Source of the DNA: Gammaproteobacteria bacterium
GTDB lineage: Bacteria > Pseudomonadota > Gammaproteobacteria > UBA12402
NCBI GenBank assembly: GCA_050123375.1
Contig: JASFHF010000004.1
Span: 5,116 to 69,115 of the forward strand
DNA: 64,000 nt
Reading direction: 5' to 3'
Below the pieces are notes generated by a model. That model had not been told where the DNA came from, searched no databases, and saw only the letters and a list, made by a program, of their open reading frames with translations. Positions 48,228-59,327 of this stretch are shown here, piece by piece; positions within the stretch are counted from its first letter, which is position 1, and each line of letters opens with the position of its first letter. A program made the translations under genes and the position numbers.

Positions 48228-48836
48228 ATGTTGAAAAAATTATTTCCATATACATGTATTTTGTGTCACGCAGTAAGTGGTCAGCAAATGGATTTGTGTT
48301 TAAGTTGTCAGCGTGAGTTACCATTTTATCAGGGAAATTATTTGTATAATGATATTTTTGCAATGTGTGATTATGTTGCGCCGATAACTAAGTTGATTTT
48401 GGAATTGAAATTTCAGCAGCAGTTAGTTAATGCCAGAGTTTTAGGCGAATTGATGGCAAAGAAAATCAAGCAGCGTGAAAAACAATTACCGCAATGTATT
48501 ATTCCGGTGCCTTTGTCAAACAAACGTTTGCGTGAGCGTGGTTTTAATCAGGCAATTGAAATTGCAAAGCCAATAAGTAAAATTTTAAATGTTCCAATGG
48601 ATATTAGTAGTTGTAAGCGCGTTCGACATACTAAAGCGCAAGCTGAGATCTCCGCAAAGCAGCGGCAAAAGAATATCAAAAACGCATTTGCAGTCAGCAG
48701 AAAATTCAGTGCAAAACATGTGGTAGTTCTTGATGATGTGGTGACGACAGGGCAGACGGTAAAAGAGTTTAGTCGAGTCTTGCGCGAAGCTGGAGCGGAA
48801 ACGATTGAAATTTGGTGCGTAGCGAAGACCATATAG
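48228..48836 (+). CDS. comF: ComF/GntX-family phosphoribosyltransferase-domain protein
   Basis: N-terminal Cys4 finger CILCH...CLSCQ, C-terminal PRTase motif VVVLDDVVTTGQT; 202 aa. Confidence 0.7.
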   Translation: MLKKLFPYTCILCHAVSGQQMDLCLSCQRELPFYQGNYLYNDIFAMCDYVAPITKLILELKFQQQLVNARVLGELMAKKIKQREKQLPQCIIPVPLSNKRLRERGFNQAIEIAKPISKILNVPMDISSCKRVRHTKAQAEISAKQRQKNIKNAFAVSRKFSAKHVVVLDDVVTTGQTVKEFSRVLREAGAETIEIWCVAKTI

Positions 48837-49031
48837 GTTCTGTAAGGAGAGCTTATTAGAAATTACGTTAATTTATTAATATAATCAGTAAATTATTGTC
48901 ATTTTGCAATTTGACCCACGATATCTATTTCAGAAAACAAAAATTAGCATAGCTGCTTTTTGGCTCTAAACAGCAAAGTATTGGAAAAAAATTGGCGTTC
49001 TTAAGATTATCTTAAGAATTATGGTCTATAT

Positions 49032-50266
49032 ATGATAGTAGTTTATTTAAAATTTTTTGGGAAAGATAAGATGTTTACGTTAAATAATAATTATGAAAAA
49101 TGTATTTCGAGTGCTTCCTATCCATTTTCATTTAAGTATCGACAAGATAATGATGATTTTCGCTCCTTAGGGTATCAAGAAAATAAAATATATTTTTTAC
49201 AGCCATTTTTGTGGGAAATGACAATAAATGGTAGTAATTTATGTGCTCCGCAAATGATAATTAATTTTAGTAAATGTAAAAAACATATTGTTGCTGTGGC
49301 GTGTGTTTCTAATACAAATTTGTTATTAGTGTGTTGTAATGATTACATTGATAATACATTTAAAATTTATCATTTAGTAGATGAAAAGAAATTGCAAGAC
49401 GAGTATTTGGTATATAAAGAAATTGGTACAAAGCAATGTCATGACAATATTGTGATATCTAATGATGGCGGACATATTTCTTTTTTTGATGGCACAGTTT
49501 ATTATTCTTTGCTTTGGAATGACAAAATTAAAAAGTATGAGAAAGAAAAAATTAATTTGAAGAATGACGTAATAATCAGATTATGCATATCGCCGAACTC
49601 TAAATATACAGCAATTTTTTATCTGGTGCTAAAATGCAAAATTGGAAATTTACCAGTATACAATATTGAAAAACTATCAAAATGCATGGGTAAGGAAATT
49701 TACGGAATGCCAGATTCATCAGATGCGGCACTATATGTAACATTATGTGTCCCTAATGGTATTAAAAAAATAAGCTTCCTGATAAAATGCGTTTTAGCCA
49801 ACATACATTATTAACTAATGATGGAAATATTATTTTTTATGATTCTGACACACAAAGTTTACGTGGTTACAGTTTTTCTAAATGGGATAAGCTTTACACA
49901 GTAAAGAAGCTTAAGTATATTGTTAATCAAATGAAGTTGGCTGTTGATGGGCAATCTATCATTATAGCAACAGAAAATGAGTTTAGGTATATTTGTGTTG
50001 TATGTGATAGTTATGGGAATTTGAGAGTCAAATATGATTGTGAAATTACAGGGTTTACGGGAAAGTTATGTAATTTTATTTGTTATGGTAGCAATTTATT
50101 AAGTGTGACAAAAAAGAACAGCGAAGATTCGCCCAACAACTATACTCATGATGTTAATGTATACAAGTTTGCAAAAATCGCCAGTTTTTTTGAGAAGCCT
50201 TTACAAGAAGTATGTGATAATAAAGATCATAAATATACAGATGTAAAAATTAAGTGTGGTATTTAA
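49032..50266 (+). pseudogene. beta-propeller-like hypothetical protein split into two overlapping ORFs (49032-49814 and 49787-50266) by a frameshift
   Basis: Both ORFs show repeated blade-like segments (ISNDGGHISFFDGTVYYSL; LTNDGNIIFYDSDTQSLRGYSF; VDGQSIIIATENEFRYICVV); 28-nt overlap in different frames; very AT-rich. Confidence 0.4.
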
Positions 50267-50682
50267 TCTTCATGCGGGCGTAATTTTTTTGCTGCTTTAT
50301 CCAAAACTCCATTGACGTATTTATGTCCGCCGGTAACGCCGAATTTTTTAGTTAATTCTACAGCTTCGTTAATAACTACTTTGTAAGGCACGTCTAATCG
50401 TTCAGTTAGTTCAAACATAGCCATGCGTAAAATGCATAATTCAATCGGATCCAGTTCTTTAATGGGTCGGTCGAGATAAGGTAGTAAATGCTGGTCGAGC
50501 GCTTCGTGGTTTGCGGTCACGCCTTTTAATAATATGCCAAAATATTCAATGTCGGTTTTTTTAAAATTATAATCATTTAAAAAACGGATTTTGATTAATT
50601 CTGCTTGGTTGCCAGACATCAGCCATTCATATAATGCTTGGATAGCATAAGATCTGGCTTTGTGACGGGCAGCTGGTTTCAT
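50263..50682 (-). CDS. nusB: transcription antitermination factor NusB
   Basis: 139 aa, RHKARSYAIQALYEW N-terminal signature. Confidence 0.85.
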   Translation of the reverse strand: MKPAARHKARSYAIQALYEWLMSGNQAELIKIRFLNDYNFKKTDIEYFGILLKGVTANHEALDQHLLPYLDRPIKELDPIELCILRMAMFELTERLDVPYKVVINEAVELTKKFGVTGGHKYVNGVLDKAAKKLRPHED

Positions 50683-50733
50683 TAGCAGCGATTATGCCAC
50701 ATGTTAGATCTTAAGTCTTGAGTTTTTATGCGC

Positions 50734-51987
50734 TTAGCCATAAACTGGAAACTGCGCACACAACTCCAAGGCTTGCTGTTTGATGTTTTCAGCAATTTTG
50801 GTGTTGTTGATATCACTTAAAATCTCACAAATCCAGCGGCCAATTTGGCGTGATTCTTCTTCTTTAAAGCCTCGGGTGGTGATAGGCGGTGTGCCCAGCC
50901 GAATTCCACTGGTCACAAAAGGTGAGCGTGGCTCGTTTGGCACAGTATTTTTATTACAGGTAATATTGCCAAGTTTTAATGCGTTTTCCGCATCTTTTCC
51001 GGAAATATTCTTGTTGATTAAATCCACTAAAAATAAATTGCTGTCAGTTCCATTAGCAACTATTTTATAACCGTGTTGCATCATTTCATCACACATAGCG
51101 CGTGCGTTAAGGATAATTTGTTTTTGGCATTGTTTGAATTCTTCTGTAAATGCTTCTTGGAAAGTGATGGCCTTAGCTGCAATTTCATGCATCAGTGGAC
51201 CGCCTTGATTACCAGGAAACACTGTCATATTAATTTTCTTTTCTAATTCCGGATTGGCTTTTGCCAAGATTATTCCTCCGCGCGCACCGCGTAAAGTTTT
51301 ATGTGTTGTTGATGTGGTAACGTCGGCAATTTGTACGGGTGAAGGATAAATTCCGGCAGCAACCAGGCCTGAAATATGTGACATATCAGCCATTAAATAT
51401 GCGCCAAATTCATCTGCAATTTCACGAAAACGTTGCCAATCGACTACACGCGAATAAGCAGTAAAACCGGCGACGATTACCTTTGGTTTATGTTTATATG
51501 CCGCTTCCTGTATCTTTTTAAAATCAATTAATCCAGTTTCATTATCTAAGCAGTAATGCATAGCTTGATAGAATTTTCCGGAAAAATTAACTTTTGATCC
51601 ATGAGTTAAATGACCTCCATTAGTTAAATCTAATCCTAAAATCGTATCGCCTGGGTTTGCCATTGCAGCATAAGCGGCGGCATTGGCTTGTGATCCCGCA
51701 TGCGGCTGGACATTAGCAAAATCTGCGTTAAATAGTTTTTTAGCTCTTGCTATAGCTAAATTTTCTATGATATCTACAAATTCACATCCACCGTAATAGC
51801 GTTTACCAGGATAGCCTTCTGCGTATTTGTTAGTTAACACGGAGCCTTGAGCTTCTAATACACGGGGGCTTACATAATTTTCTGAAGCAATTAATTCGAT
51901 ATGAGTTTCTTGACGTTGCAGCTCGAGTTGAATCGCGTTCCACAATTCATCATCAAACCCTTTGATTCGTACATTTTTTGACCACAT
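50734..51987 (-). CDS. glyA: serine hydroxymethyltransferase
   Basis: PLP-binding [14 protein letters not shown] motif, IELIASENY; 417 aa. Confidence 0.9.
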   Translation of the reverse strand: MWSKNVRIKGFDDELWNAIQLELQRQETHIELIASENYVSPRVLEAQGSVLTNKYAEGYPGKRYYGGCEFVDIIENLAIARAKKLFNADFANVQPHAGSQANAAAYAAMANPGDTILGLDLTNGGHLTHGSKVNFSGKFYQAMHYCLDNETGLIDFKKIQEAAYKHKPKVIVAGFTAYSRVVDWQRFREIADEFGAYLMADMSHISGLVAAGIYPSPVQIADVTTSTTHKTLRGARGGIILAKANPELEKKINMTVFPGNQGGPLMHEIAAKAITFQEAFTEEFKQCQKQIILNARAMCDEMMQHGYKIVANGTDSNLFLVDLINKNISGKDAENALKLGNITCNKNTVPNEPRSPFVTSGIRLGTPPITTRGFKEEESRQIGRWICEILSDINNTKIAENIKQQALELCAQFPVYG

Positions 51988-52068
51988 AATGAATCCCTCC
52001 TTTTTATGTTTTTGCTGTGTTGTGTGTTGAGGTGCTATTTTATCACAATAACTGGAATTAGTGATAAA

Positions 52069-53763
52069 TTATTTTATGAATTTTATTTGGTAAAACAGAT
52101 ATTTTTCGGAAGCGATTGGTTTGACTTTTAATGTGACTAAAACGTTTTTAAATTGTGCGAAATCTGTTTTTTTGACAGCAATTATTGCAATATGTTTTTG
52201 TTTGATAAAAGATTTAAATTGTTTAAGTAGTTTAGGTTGAGTTTTTCCGGTAGCCAGCATGCACAAAAATGGTTTCATTCGAAGGGAAGTGTATGGAGAA
52301 TAATATTTATTAGGAATACCTCCGGTTGCGCCAGTAGCAAGTTTAAAATACATGTTGGTTTTAATTTGCCATAACATTGTGTTGCTTGCATCAGCTAAAG
52401 CGCTTATAGGTAAAACTATCATGATGTCATGCGGCCGCATAATTTTCTGATAAAATTTATTTTTGATAAACGGCGGGAAATTTATTTTTTGTATTAATTG
52501 AGTATTGTATGGTTTCGGATTTGGCAGTATGAAAATTATGCTGCAAATGACTAAACTGTATTTGATGCTTTTTCTGATTTTTGTATTTTGCAGCCAAAAC
52601 GCAATTAATATGGCTATGCCGAGCCAGGAAAATAATATGAATCTGATCGAAAGAATATGGGAAAAAATTGGTAATTTGGTTATTAATGCCCATGGGAGTG
52701 TGTAGATAAGGTATGGCCCGATTTTAAGTATTGCTCCTAATGAACAAAATGCAGTTATTAGTATTGAGATCGTTAACAATTTACCAATTTTTGTTTGCCA
52801 AAATTCTTTGATGTATAAAATTATAATTATGATTAATGGTAAACCAAGATAAGCTCCGCATTCCTGAATATCGGAGAATTTGTGAGTGAATTTCCAGAGG
52901 AAATTTCCTCCTAGCCAGGTGGCGTTGGTTGGAATAAAAAAATGTAGCAGATTAGTTGCGTAACGAATTTGATATTTTGCTGAAAATGCCATGGAATGGA
53001 ACAAAAAATAATATATCAACGGGGAGGTGACGATCATGGTAATGATATAGTTTATAATTAACAACCATGCCAGATTAATTATTTTATTTCTTTGGGACTT
53101 ATAAATAAAAAATGCAGCTAACAGCATTATCCACAAGAAAAAATTAAAAGTGATAAAAATTTCTTTGGAAATTAGAAATTGAATGATGTTAAATATTGAT
53201 ATCAAAATAACAAATGTTGAGGTTTTGATTTTTATTGTTATCCAGTTGATAATTAATAAAATAATTAGCGGCAGCATCAAAGTAAAACTTAGATTTATAT
53301 GTCCGCCGATCATTTGTGCAATTTGATAAGAAGAAAAACCAAAAAAATAACCGCCAAATAATGCCGGCCAAAATGATCGTGCCAGATTTTTACATAATAA
53401 GTAAGTTGTGTATGCAGATAATGCTGAGGCAAAAATAGTAATAAGATTGAATGCGGCTATGTAGCCGTAAAGTTTGGCGATTGGCAGCATTATAAGACTG
53501 ATGAATGGTATGCTGGTTATTTCTGCAATATTGTAACCATCCGGAGCCCATAAAAAGGTAGTAAATAATGGGTTAATGCTGTGTTTGATTGCGTAAGGCC
53601 ACCAGTGCATCAGCCAGATACATGCTTTGGGATCGGGATTTATACCAAAAAATTGGTGGGTAAAATCCGGCATCATACGTATGCCCCAAAAAATAAAAGC
53701 GATACTTGCATATAAGAACAGTGGGAGAATATTGATGAAGATGTTTTTGGAATTGTTCCGCAT
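52069..53763 (-). CDS. large polytopic integral membrane protein of unknown function (possible GT-C-like fold)
   Basis: 564 aa, >=12 predicted TM helices, C-terminal soluble ~130-aa domain; no recognisable catalytic motif. Confidence 0.5.
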   Translation of the reverse strand: MRNNSKNIFINILPLFLYASIAFIFWGIRMMPDFTHQFFGINPDPKACIWLMHWWPYAIKHSINPLFTTFLWAPDGYNIAEITSIPFISLIMLPIAKLYGYIAAFNLITIFASALSAYTTYLLCKNLARSFWPALFGGYFFGFSSYQIAQMIGGHINLSFTLMLPLIILLIINWITIKIKTSTFVILISIFNIIQFLISKEIFITFNFFLWIMLLAAFFIYKSQRNKIINLAWLLIINYIITMIVTSPLIYYFLFHSMAFSAKYQIRYATNLLHFFIPTNATWLGGNFLWKFTHKFSDIQECGAYLGLPLIIIIILYIKEFWQTKIGKLLTISILITAFCSLGAILKIGPYLIYTLPWALITKLPIFSHILSIRFILFSWLGIAILIAFWLQNTKIRKSIKYSLVICSIIFILPNPKPYNTQLIQKINFPPFIKNKFYQKIMRPHDIMIVLPISALADASNTMLWQIKTNMYFKLATGATGGIPNKYYSPYTSLRMKPFLCMLATGKTQPKLLKQFKSFIKQKHIAIIAVKKTDFAQFKNVLVTLKVKPIASEKYLFYQIKFIK

Positions 53764-53885
53764 AAGTATTATTGGTGTCGGGTCGTAAGTTTATGTGAAT
53801 TTTGGCAAAATTTTTCGATTATTGCAATGGTTATGGTATAATTTCGGTGCATTAATACTTATTACATGGTGCGGCAAAGGTTGAT

Positions 53886-55721
53886 ATGTTAAATAAGAGA
53901 AATTTACAAAATTTAGTTACGTTGTTATTGGTATTGTTGTTGACAGGTTGTGCTAGCCGATATAAAACTTTTCCTCCGAATCATGTTTCGATGTCTTCAA
54001 CAGCGGAACAATATGTGCATAAAGCATCACAAACCACGGGAGAGGATAAGCAGAATTATCAAATTTTAGCGGTTAATCAATTAATTTCCGAAAATAATTC
54101 ACGCGATAGTCAGCAATTATTAAATCAATTGAATAATAGTGTTTCCTTGAATAAAAAAATTGATGCACAAAAGAAAATTGTGCAAGCTAAATTTTATTTA
54201 TTGCGTGATCGTCCAAAAACCGCACTTAGAAAATTACATCAGATTACAAATCCTGTTGTTTTACCGCGCGAAGTTGCAAGAAGCTATTATACTACTGCAG
54301 CAGAAGCGCATTTGCGTAATAATAATTTAGCGTATAATACATTTGCATTAATTAGTTTGAATTCACTACTTGATGATCAAGCATCACGGGATAAAAATGC
54401 CGATTTAATTTGGCGTAATTTACAAACTTTGTCTTTAGATAAATTACAATTGTTGCTGAAGCGTTGTAATACAACATTATTGCGAGGATGGATCAGTCTG
54501 GCCATCATTGCGCATCAAGATGCAAATAATCCAGCAGTTTTATCTAAAGACATAGAAAATTGGCAGCAACGATATCAACAACATCCAGCTAATGATATTT
54601 TGCCGGATCAGGATAAGATTGCTAATTTGGCTCAAGTAAATCCTCCAAAGCAGGTGGCGTTATTGTTACCGTTGCATGGCGGATTTGCTAAAATGGGTCA
54701 AACAGTGCGTGATGGTTTTATGACGGCATATTATGCCAATTTAAAGATGTTATCATCTCCGCCACAAATCAAGGTATATGATACAAGCGGTGCTGATGTG
54801 GTTGATTTATATCAGCAGGCAATACAGGATGGTGCGCAATTTGTGATTGGTCCGTTGACTAAGCAAAATGTAGCCAAGCTTGCAAGCTGTAACAAATTTA
54901 CTGTGCCGGTAGTAGCGTTGAATTATTTAGCTGATAATAATTTTGTGGATAATTTAGTGCAATTTGGTTTGTCTCCTAAACAATCGGTGCAGCAAGTTGC
55001 AGATGCAATGTGGCAGCATAATATTAACAAAGTCTTAATAATTGTGCCGCAGGGTAATTGGGGAGATAAAGTTCAACAAACCTTTGTGCAAAAATGGCAA
55101 CAGCTTGGCGGTTATATAATTGCAGCAATTAATTTTTCTGAGAAAGACAATATAACTGATGCAATTATGTCAGCTTTTAATATTGATCAAAGTAAACAGC
55201 GTGCACAGCAGCTACGAAATATAATTGGCAAAAACATTAAATTTATGCCGCGACGCCGGCAAGATATTAACGGAATTTTTTTGGTGGCGACGCCGGAACA
55301 AGCGCGGCAAATTAAGCCTTTATTGCAATTTTATTATGCAGGCAATTTACCAATTTTTTCAATTGCGAATATTTATGCTGGTTATAATTCGTCGCGGGAC
55401 GATCGTGATTTAAATAAAATTTATTTTGATGATATGCCGTGGTTATTGTACAAAACACCATACATTAATAAATTAAAGCAGCAAATACAAGCTGCATGGC
55501 CGAATAATTTGCGTGCTAATAGTCGTTTGTATGGATTGGGTGTGGATGCTTTTACTCTTAGCTTGTTATTGCCGCGGTTAATGATATTGCCTAATTTTGC
55601 TTTGCATGGTGTTACAGGACAATTATATTTGAATTCAAATTTGCAAATTTATCGTCAATTATCTTGGGCACATTTTGTTGCTGGCACTCCGCGGGTTTCG
55701 CTTAATTTGTGTAATAGCTAG
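53886..55721 (+). CDS. lpoA: penicillin-binding protein activator LpoA-like lipoprotein
   Basis: Lipobox LLTGC, TPR-like N-terminal half and periplasmic-binding-like C-terminal half; conserved lpoA-yraN-diaA-dolP synteny. Confidence 0.6.
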   Translation: MLNKRNLQNLVTLLLVLLLTGCASRYKTFPPNHVSMSSTAEQYVHKASQTTGEDKQNYQILAVNQLISENNSRDSQQLLNQLNNSVSLNKKIDAQKKIVQAKFYLLRDRPKTALRKLHQITNPVVLPREVARSYYTTAAEAHLRNNNLAYNTFALISLNSLLDDQASRDKNADLIWRNLQTLSLDKLQLLLKRCNTTLLRGWISLAIIAHQDANNPAVLSKDIENWQQRYQQHPANDILPDQDKIANLAQVNPPKQVALLLPLHGGFAKMGQTVRDGFMTAYYANLKMLSSPPQIKVYDTSGADVVDLYQQAIQDGAQFVIGPLTKQNVAKLASCNKFTVPVVALNYLADNNFVDNLVQFGLSPKQSVQQVADAMWQHNINKVLIIVPQGNWGDKVQQTFVQKWQQLGGYIIAAINFSEKDNITDAIMSAFNIDQSKQRAQQLRNIIGKNIKFMPRRRQDINGIFLVATPEQARQIKPLLQFYYAGNLPIFSIANIYAGYNSSRDDRDLNKIYFDDMPWLLYKTPYINKLKQQIQAAWPNNLRANSRLYGLGVDAFTLSLLLPRLMILPNFALHGVTGQLYLNSNLQIYRQLSWAHFVAGTPRVSLNLCNS

Positions 55722-55730
55722 ATTTTTTAA

Positions 55731-55798
55731 GGGACGGAGCTTTACATAATTACAAAGCAACAAGCAAAGCTTTGTAATTATGTAATAGCTCGCGTCCC
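55731..55798. repeat. Intergenic hairpin (REP/MITE-like) element
   Basis: GGGACGGAGCTTTACATAATTACAAAG-CAACAAGCAAAGC-TTTGTAATTATGTAATAGCTCGCGTCCC. Confidence 0.7.
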
Positions 55799-55808
55799 GC
55801 TTAATTCT

Positions 55809-56186
55809 TTGGATATTATGAACACTGAATATCACCCGCATCGTTTTGGTAAGTATGCTGAAGAGCAAGTTTGTAAATATTTGCAGCGGCAGAAATTGCA
55901 ATTAGTTGAACGTAATTACGCTTGTCGTTGCGGTGAAATTGATCTTATTATGCGGGATCAAGATTGTATAGTATTTGTCGAAGTGCGGGCGCGTGTTGGA
56001 CAGGATTTTCGCGATAGTTTAGAGAGTGTAGATTATCATAAGCAGCATAAAATTATACGAGCGGCAACTTATTATTTACAAAAGACTGGGCAGCTGAATA
56101 AGGTTTTTTGCCGGTTTGATGTGATGGCAGTAAAACTGCAAAATGAACAATTGCAGTTTCATTGGGTTAAGAATGCTTTTTGCTGA
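55809..56186 (+). CDS. yraN: UPF0102/YraN-family endonuclease-like protein
   Basis: 125 aa, GEIDLIMRD...VFVEVRAR core as in YraN. Confidence 0.7.
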   Translation: MDIMNTEYHPHRFGKYAEEQVCKYLQRQKLQLVERNYACRCGEIDLIMRDQDCIVFVEVRARVGQDFRDSLESVDYHKQHKIIRAATYYLQKTGQLNKVFCRFDVMAVKLQNEQLQFHWVKNAFC

Positions 56187-56216
56187 CATAAGAGTTGCAT
56201 TTTGCTAAACTTATTG

Positions 56217-56274
56217 GGGTCGCATCTTCACTCATTACATGTGCGAAGCTATGTAATGAGTGAAGATGCGACCC
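56217..56274. repeat. Intergenic hairpin element whose right arm reaches the extended diaA N-terminal ORF
   Basis: GGGGTCGCATCTTCACTCATTACAT-GTGCGAAGCT-ATGTAATGAGTGAAGATGCGACCCC; same stem as the 14109-14180 copy. Confidence 0.7.
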
Positions 56275-56291
56275 CATATATGGAGAAAACT

Positions 56292-56888
56292 ATGGATATT
56301 CTTGATCAAATCAAAATGCATTTTAGTGAAAGTTTAGAAACTAAGGCGCGTTCAGCCGAGATTTTGCCTGAACAAATTGCTAAAGCTGCAAGAGTAATGG
56401 CGGCTTGTTTAATTCTTGAACGCAAAATATTGTGTTGTGGAAATGGTGGTTCTGCTTGTGATGCTGAGCATTTTGCTGGTGAATTGCTTAATCGGTTAGA
56501 GCAGGAAAGACCTGCATTACCAGCAATTGTGTTAAATGCAAATATGGCAGCGATTACTGCGATTGCTAATGATTATGATTATAGTGATGTGTTTGCTAAA
56601 CAAATACAGGCATTAGGCAAACCGCGGGATGTTTTGCTGGTAATTTCTACCAGTGGTGATTCAGCAAATATTTTGCGGGCAGTAGAGGTTGCACGTGAGA
56701 AACAAATGTCAATAATAGCATTAACTGGGAATAAAGGAGGGAAATTAGCTTCCTTATTAGTAGGTGATAATGATATTGAAATTCGGGTACCGGCTACGCG
56801 TACGATGCGTATTCAAGAAGTGCATGCTTTGGTAATTCATTGTTTGTGTGATTTGATTGATCAGCAGTTGTTTGGAGAAATGCTATGA
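56292..56888 (+). CDS. diaA: SIS-domain protein DiaA (DnaA initiator-associating factor / GmhA-like)
   Basis: [11 protein letters not shown]...[13 protein letters not shown]...IIALTG closely parallels E. coli DiaA. Start chosen at MDILDQIK; the ORF track extends to 56202 through the hairpin element. Confidence 0.8.
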   Translation: MDILDQIKMHFSESLETKARSAEILPEQIAKAARVMAACLILERKILCCGNGGSACDAEHFAGELLNRLEQERPALPAIVLNANMAAITAIANDYDYSDVFAKQIQALGKPRDVLLVISTSGDSANILRAVEVAREKQMSIIALTGNKGGKLASLLVGDNDIEIRVPATRTMRIQEVHALVIHCLCDLIDQQLFGEML

Positions 56889-57619
56889 TTAAAAAAATTC
56901 TATTGGTTTTGTCAATAATGTGTTTGCTGCAAGGTTGTGTGCCGGTAGTAGCTGGAGCAGCAGTTGGCGCTGCGGGAGGTGTGGTTTTATATGATCGTCG
57001 TCCAGTTAAGATAATGATGCAGGATAATTCTATATCTTATACGATTGAAAAAAAATTATTTGATGTCGAAAAAATTCGCACTCAGTGTCATATAGTGGTT
57101 ACTGCTTATAATGGGGTGGTGTTGTTAGTCGGTCAAGCAGCAACGAACGAGCTTAAAGATCAAGTTACTGCAATAGCAAAAACGGTACCAAAAGTTAAGC
57201 GTATTTATAATGAAGTTGTTATTGGAACACCAACTGCTTATTTAATTAGAACTAATGATTCATGGATTACTACAAAAGTAAAAGCTAAATTACTAACGGC
57301 AAAGCATTTGCGGTCAGGACAGTTTAAAATTTTAACTGAAAATGGTGTTGTGTATATGATGGGAACGGTGAGTCGTTCGCAAGCACAATCGGCGGTTAAT
57401 ATAGTTAGGCATGTTGATGGAGTTAAAAAAGTTGTGAAGGTGTTTGAGTATACGCGTGCAGTGGGGACAGCCGGTAATAATGTTAGTGATACTAATAATA
57501 ATGATAGGACTGCAAGTGTTAATAGTAAAAAAACCGTAAATTATACTACATCTTCAGTTGGTCAACCTCCCGCAATGGCTCAAACAGATGAAGCATTATA
57601 TAGGCAAAACGGAGCATAA
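56885..57619 (+). CDS. dolP: BON-domain outer-membrane lipoprotein DolP (YraP)
   Basis: Lipobox LLQGC, two BON-like repeats; follows diaA as in E. coli. Confidence 0.7.
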   Translation: MIKKILLVLSIMCLLQGCVPVVAGAAVGAAGGVVLYDRRPVKIMMQDNSISYTIEKKLFDVEKIRTQCHIVVTAYNGVVLLVGQAATNELKDQVTAIAKTVPKVKRIYNEVVIGTPTAYLIRTNDSWITTKVKAKLLTAKHLRSGQFKILTENGVVYMMGTVSRSQAQSAVNIVRHVDGVKKVVKVFEYTRAVGTAGNNVSDTNNNDRTASVNSKKTVNYTTSSVGQPPAMAQTDEALYRQNGA

Positions 57620-57621
57620 TT

Positions 57622-59169
57622 TTGAAAGTTGCTGGTAGCGATCGTGCAGCATATTATTTTTGGTTGATATTATGCTGCTTTTTTGTTATTGCCGTCTTGA
57701 TGCAAAGTAGTATATTTTGTAATACTGATGCACGGTGGTTGCTGCATGCAACTGCTAAATTTATTAACGGCGGCAAATATTATCATGATTTTTTTGAAAC
57801 TAATCCGCCGATGATTTTATATCTTAATATTCCTCCAGTATTATTGGTAAAATTTTTGCATTTACCGCTTGGTTTTATATTTCGTGCTTATGTGTTTTTA
57901 TTGGCGGTTTTTTCTTTGGCTATTTGTTCAGTATTGTTGAAAAAAATCTACCATGATCGTCCCAAATGGATGCTGCGTATATTTATATGTGCGCTTGCTT
58001 ATGTTTTTGTTATTGTGCCAGCACATACTTTTGGTGAGCGCGAGCATTTGGCGTTATTGTTAACGGCACCGTATTTTTTTCTTGCGGTTTTGCGTGGTGG
58101 TAATTACAAGGTATCAATTAAGTTAGCGGTTTTAGTTGGTATTTTAGCTGGATGTGGTTTTGCGATAAAGCCGTATTTTGTAATTCCGTTTGGGTTGATT
58201 GAGTTATATTTAATATTTAGCAATAAAAAGCTATTTGCCTGGTTGCGATTAGAAACATTAATAATTATTGGTATTTTAATTTTATATTTAGCTGTAATTT
58301 TTATTTTTACTCCAGAATATATTACTCAGGTAGTACCTTTAGCATGGCAGTTTTATTTTAGTTCAGTAGGTAAGCCATACATATATGTATTTGGCTCAAT
58401 TTGGATGATGTTTTTTTTGCTGTCATCCGGATGTTTTGTGCTGTTTTACGAATTGGTTGAACAAAGAAAATTTGTTATCATTTTATTTTTAGCGTCCGCG
58501 GGTTTTATTGGTGCTTATGTATTGCAGCATACTATGTGGTTTTATCATGCGCTGCCTTCTTATGCTTTTTCTTTGTTGCTGCTTGTACAATTATTACAAG
58601 AAATAATTTTCAAGCCAGCGGCTGTAATAATTAGCTACAAACGAATTAAAATCTTTTTTTTAGTTTTGATGATGGTTATATTTGGTTTATTTGTTCCATT
58701 TGAAGTTTTTTATACGATTTTTTCTAGTAATACTTCGCCTAAAGTTGAGCGGGTGATTGGGTTTATTCAGCATAATACACCGAATCATAAAGTGTATTTT
58801 TTTACAACTAGTCTTGATTTAACGTACAGAATTATTGATAAAGCTGGATTACAATCGGTTTCACGTTTTCCCAGTCAATTATTGTTGCCAGGGATGCTTA
58901 AGCGGCTGAGTTTAGCAAAAACAACAGAGCAGAAAAATACGATTAACCGTTATAAACAGCAAATTATCGATGCGGTAATTGAAGATTTGAGTTTATCTAA
59001 GCCGGATTTAATTATTATAGCTGATGCAAAATATAATTCGTTGCTTTCACCCTATAATTTTTCTTATATTAAATTTTTTTCACAAGATCCAAGATTTAGG
59101 AAAATATTTAAATTATATAGCAAAGTTTATAAGATGGGCAGTTTAACTTTCTATCGCAGAAGGAAATGA
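57622..59169 (+). CDS. polytopic membrane protein, paralog 1 of a tandem pair (GT-C glycosyltransferase-like topology)
   Basis: 515 aa; shares with paralog 2 the motifs YYHDFFETNPPMILY, FGEREHLALLLTAPYFFL and C-terminal FFSQDPRFRKIF; TTG start as drawn. Confidence 0.55.
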   Translation: MKVAGSDRAAYYFWLILCCFFVIAVLMQSSIFCNTDARWLLHATAKFINGGKYYHDFFETNPPMILYLNIPPVLLVKFLHLPLGFIFRAYVFLLAVFSLAICSVLLKKIYHDRPKWMLRIFICALAYVFVIVPAHTFGEREHLALLLTAPYFFLAVLRGGNYKVSIKLAVLVGILAGCGFAIKPYFVIPFGLIELYLIFSNKKLFAWLRLETLIIIGILILYLAVIFIFTPEYITQVVPLAWQFYFSSVGKPYIYVFGSIWMMFFLLSSGCFVLFYELVEQRKFVIILFLASAGFIGAYVLQHTMWFYHALPSYAFSLLLLVQLLQEIIFKPAAVIISYKRIKIFFLVLMMVIFGLFVPFEVFYTIFSSNTSPKVERVIGFIQHNTPNHKVYFFTTSLDLTYRIIDKAGLQSVSRFPSQLLLPGMLKRLSLAKTTEQKNTINRYKQQIIDAVIEDLSLSKPDLIIIADAKYNSLLSPYNFSYIKFFSQDPRFRKIFKLYSKVYKMGSLTFYRRRK

Positions 59170-59327
59170 GATATCGTTAGCATGAATGGATAGCACAAAT
59201 GAAACCAGTGATTTTACAGTGCCAGTAAGTTTGCTGTAAAATCACTGGTAAGCAAGCACATTTGTAGCTTAAAAAGAACACGAATCTTGCGTGCGCGGTA
59301 GTTGCCACTGAAATAAAATATAGATTT

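Noticed and set aside
56202-56291. Extended N-terminus of diaA ([26 protein letters not shown]...)
   Set aside because: The extension is a translation of the hairpin element; alignment with E. coli DiaA supports a start at MDILDQIK.
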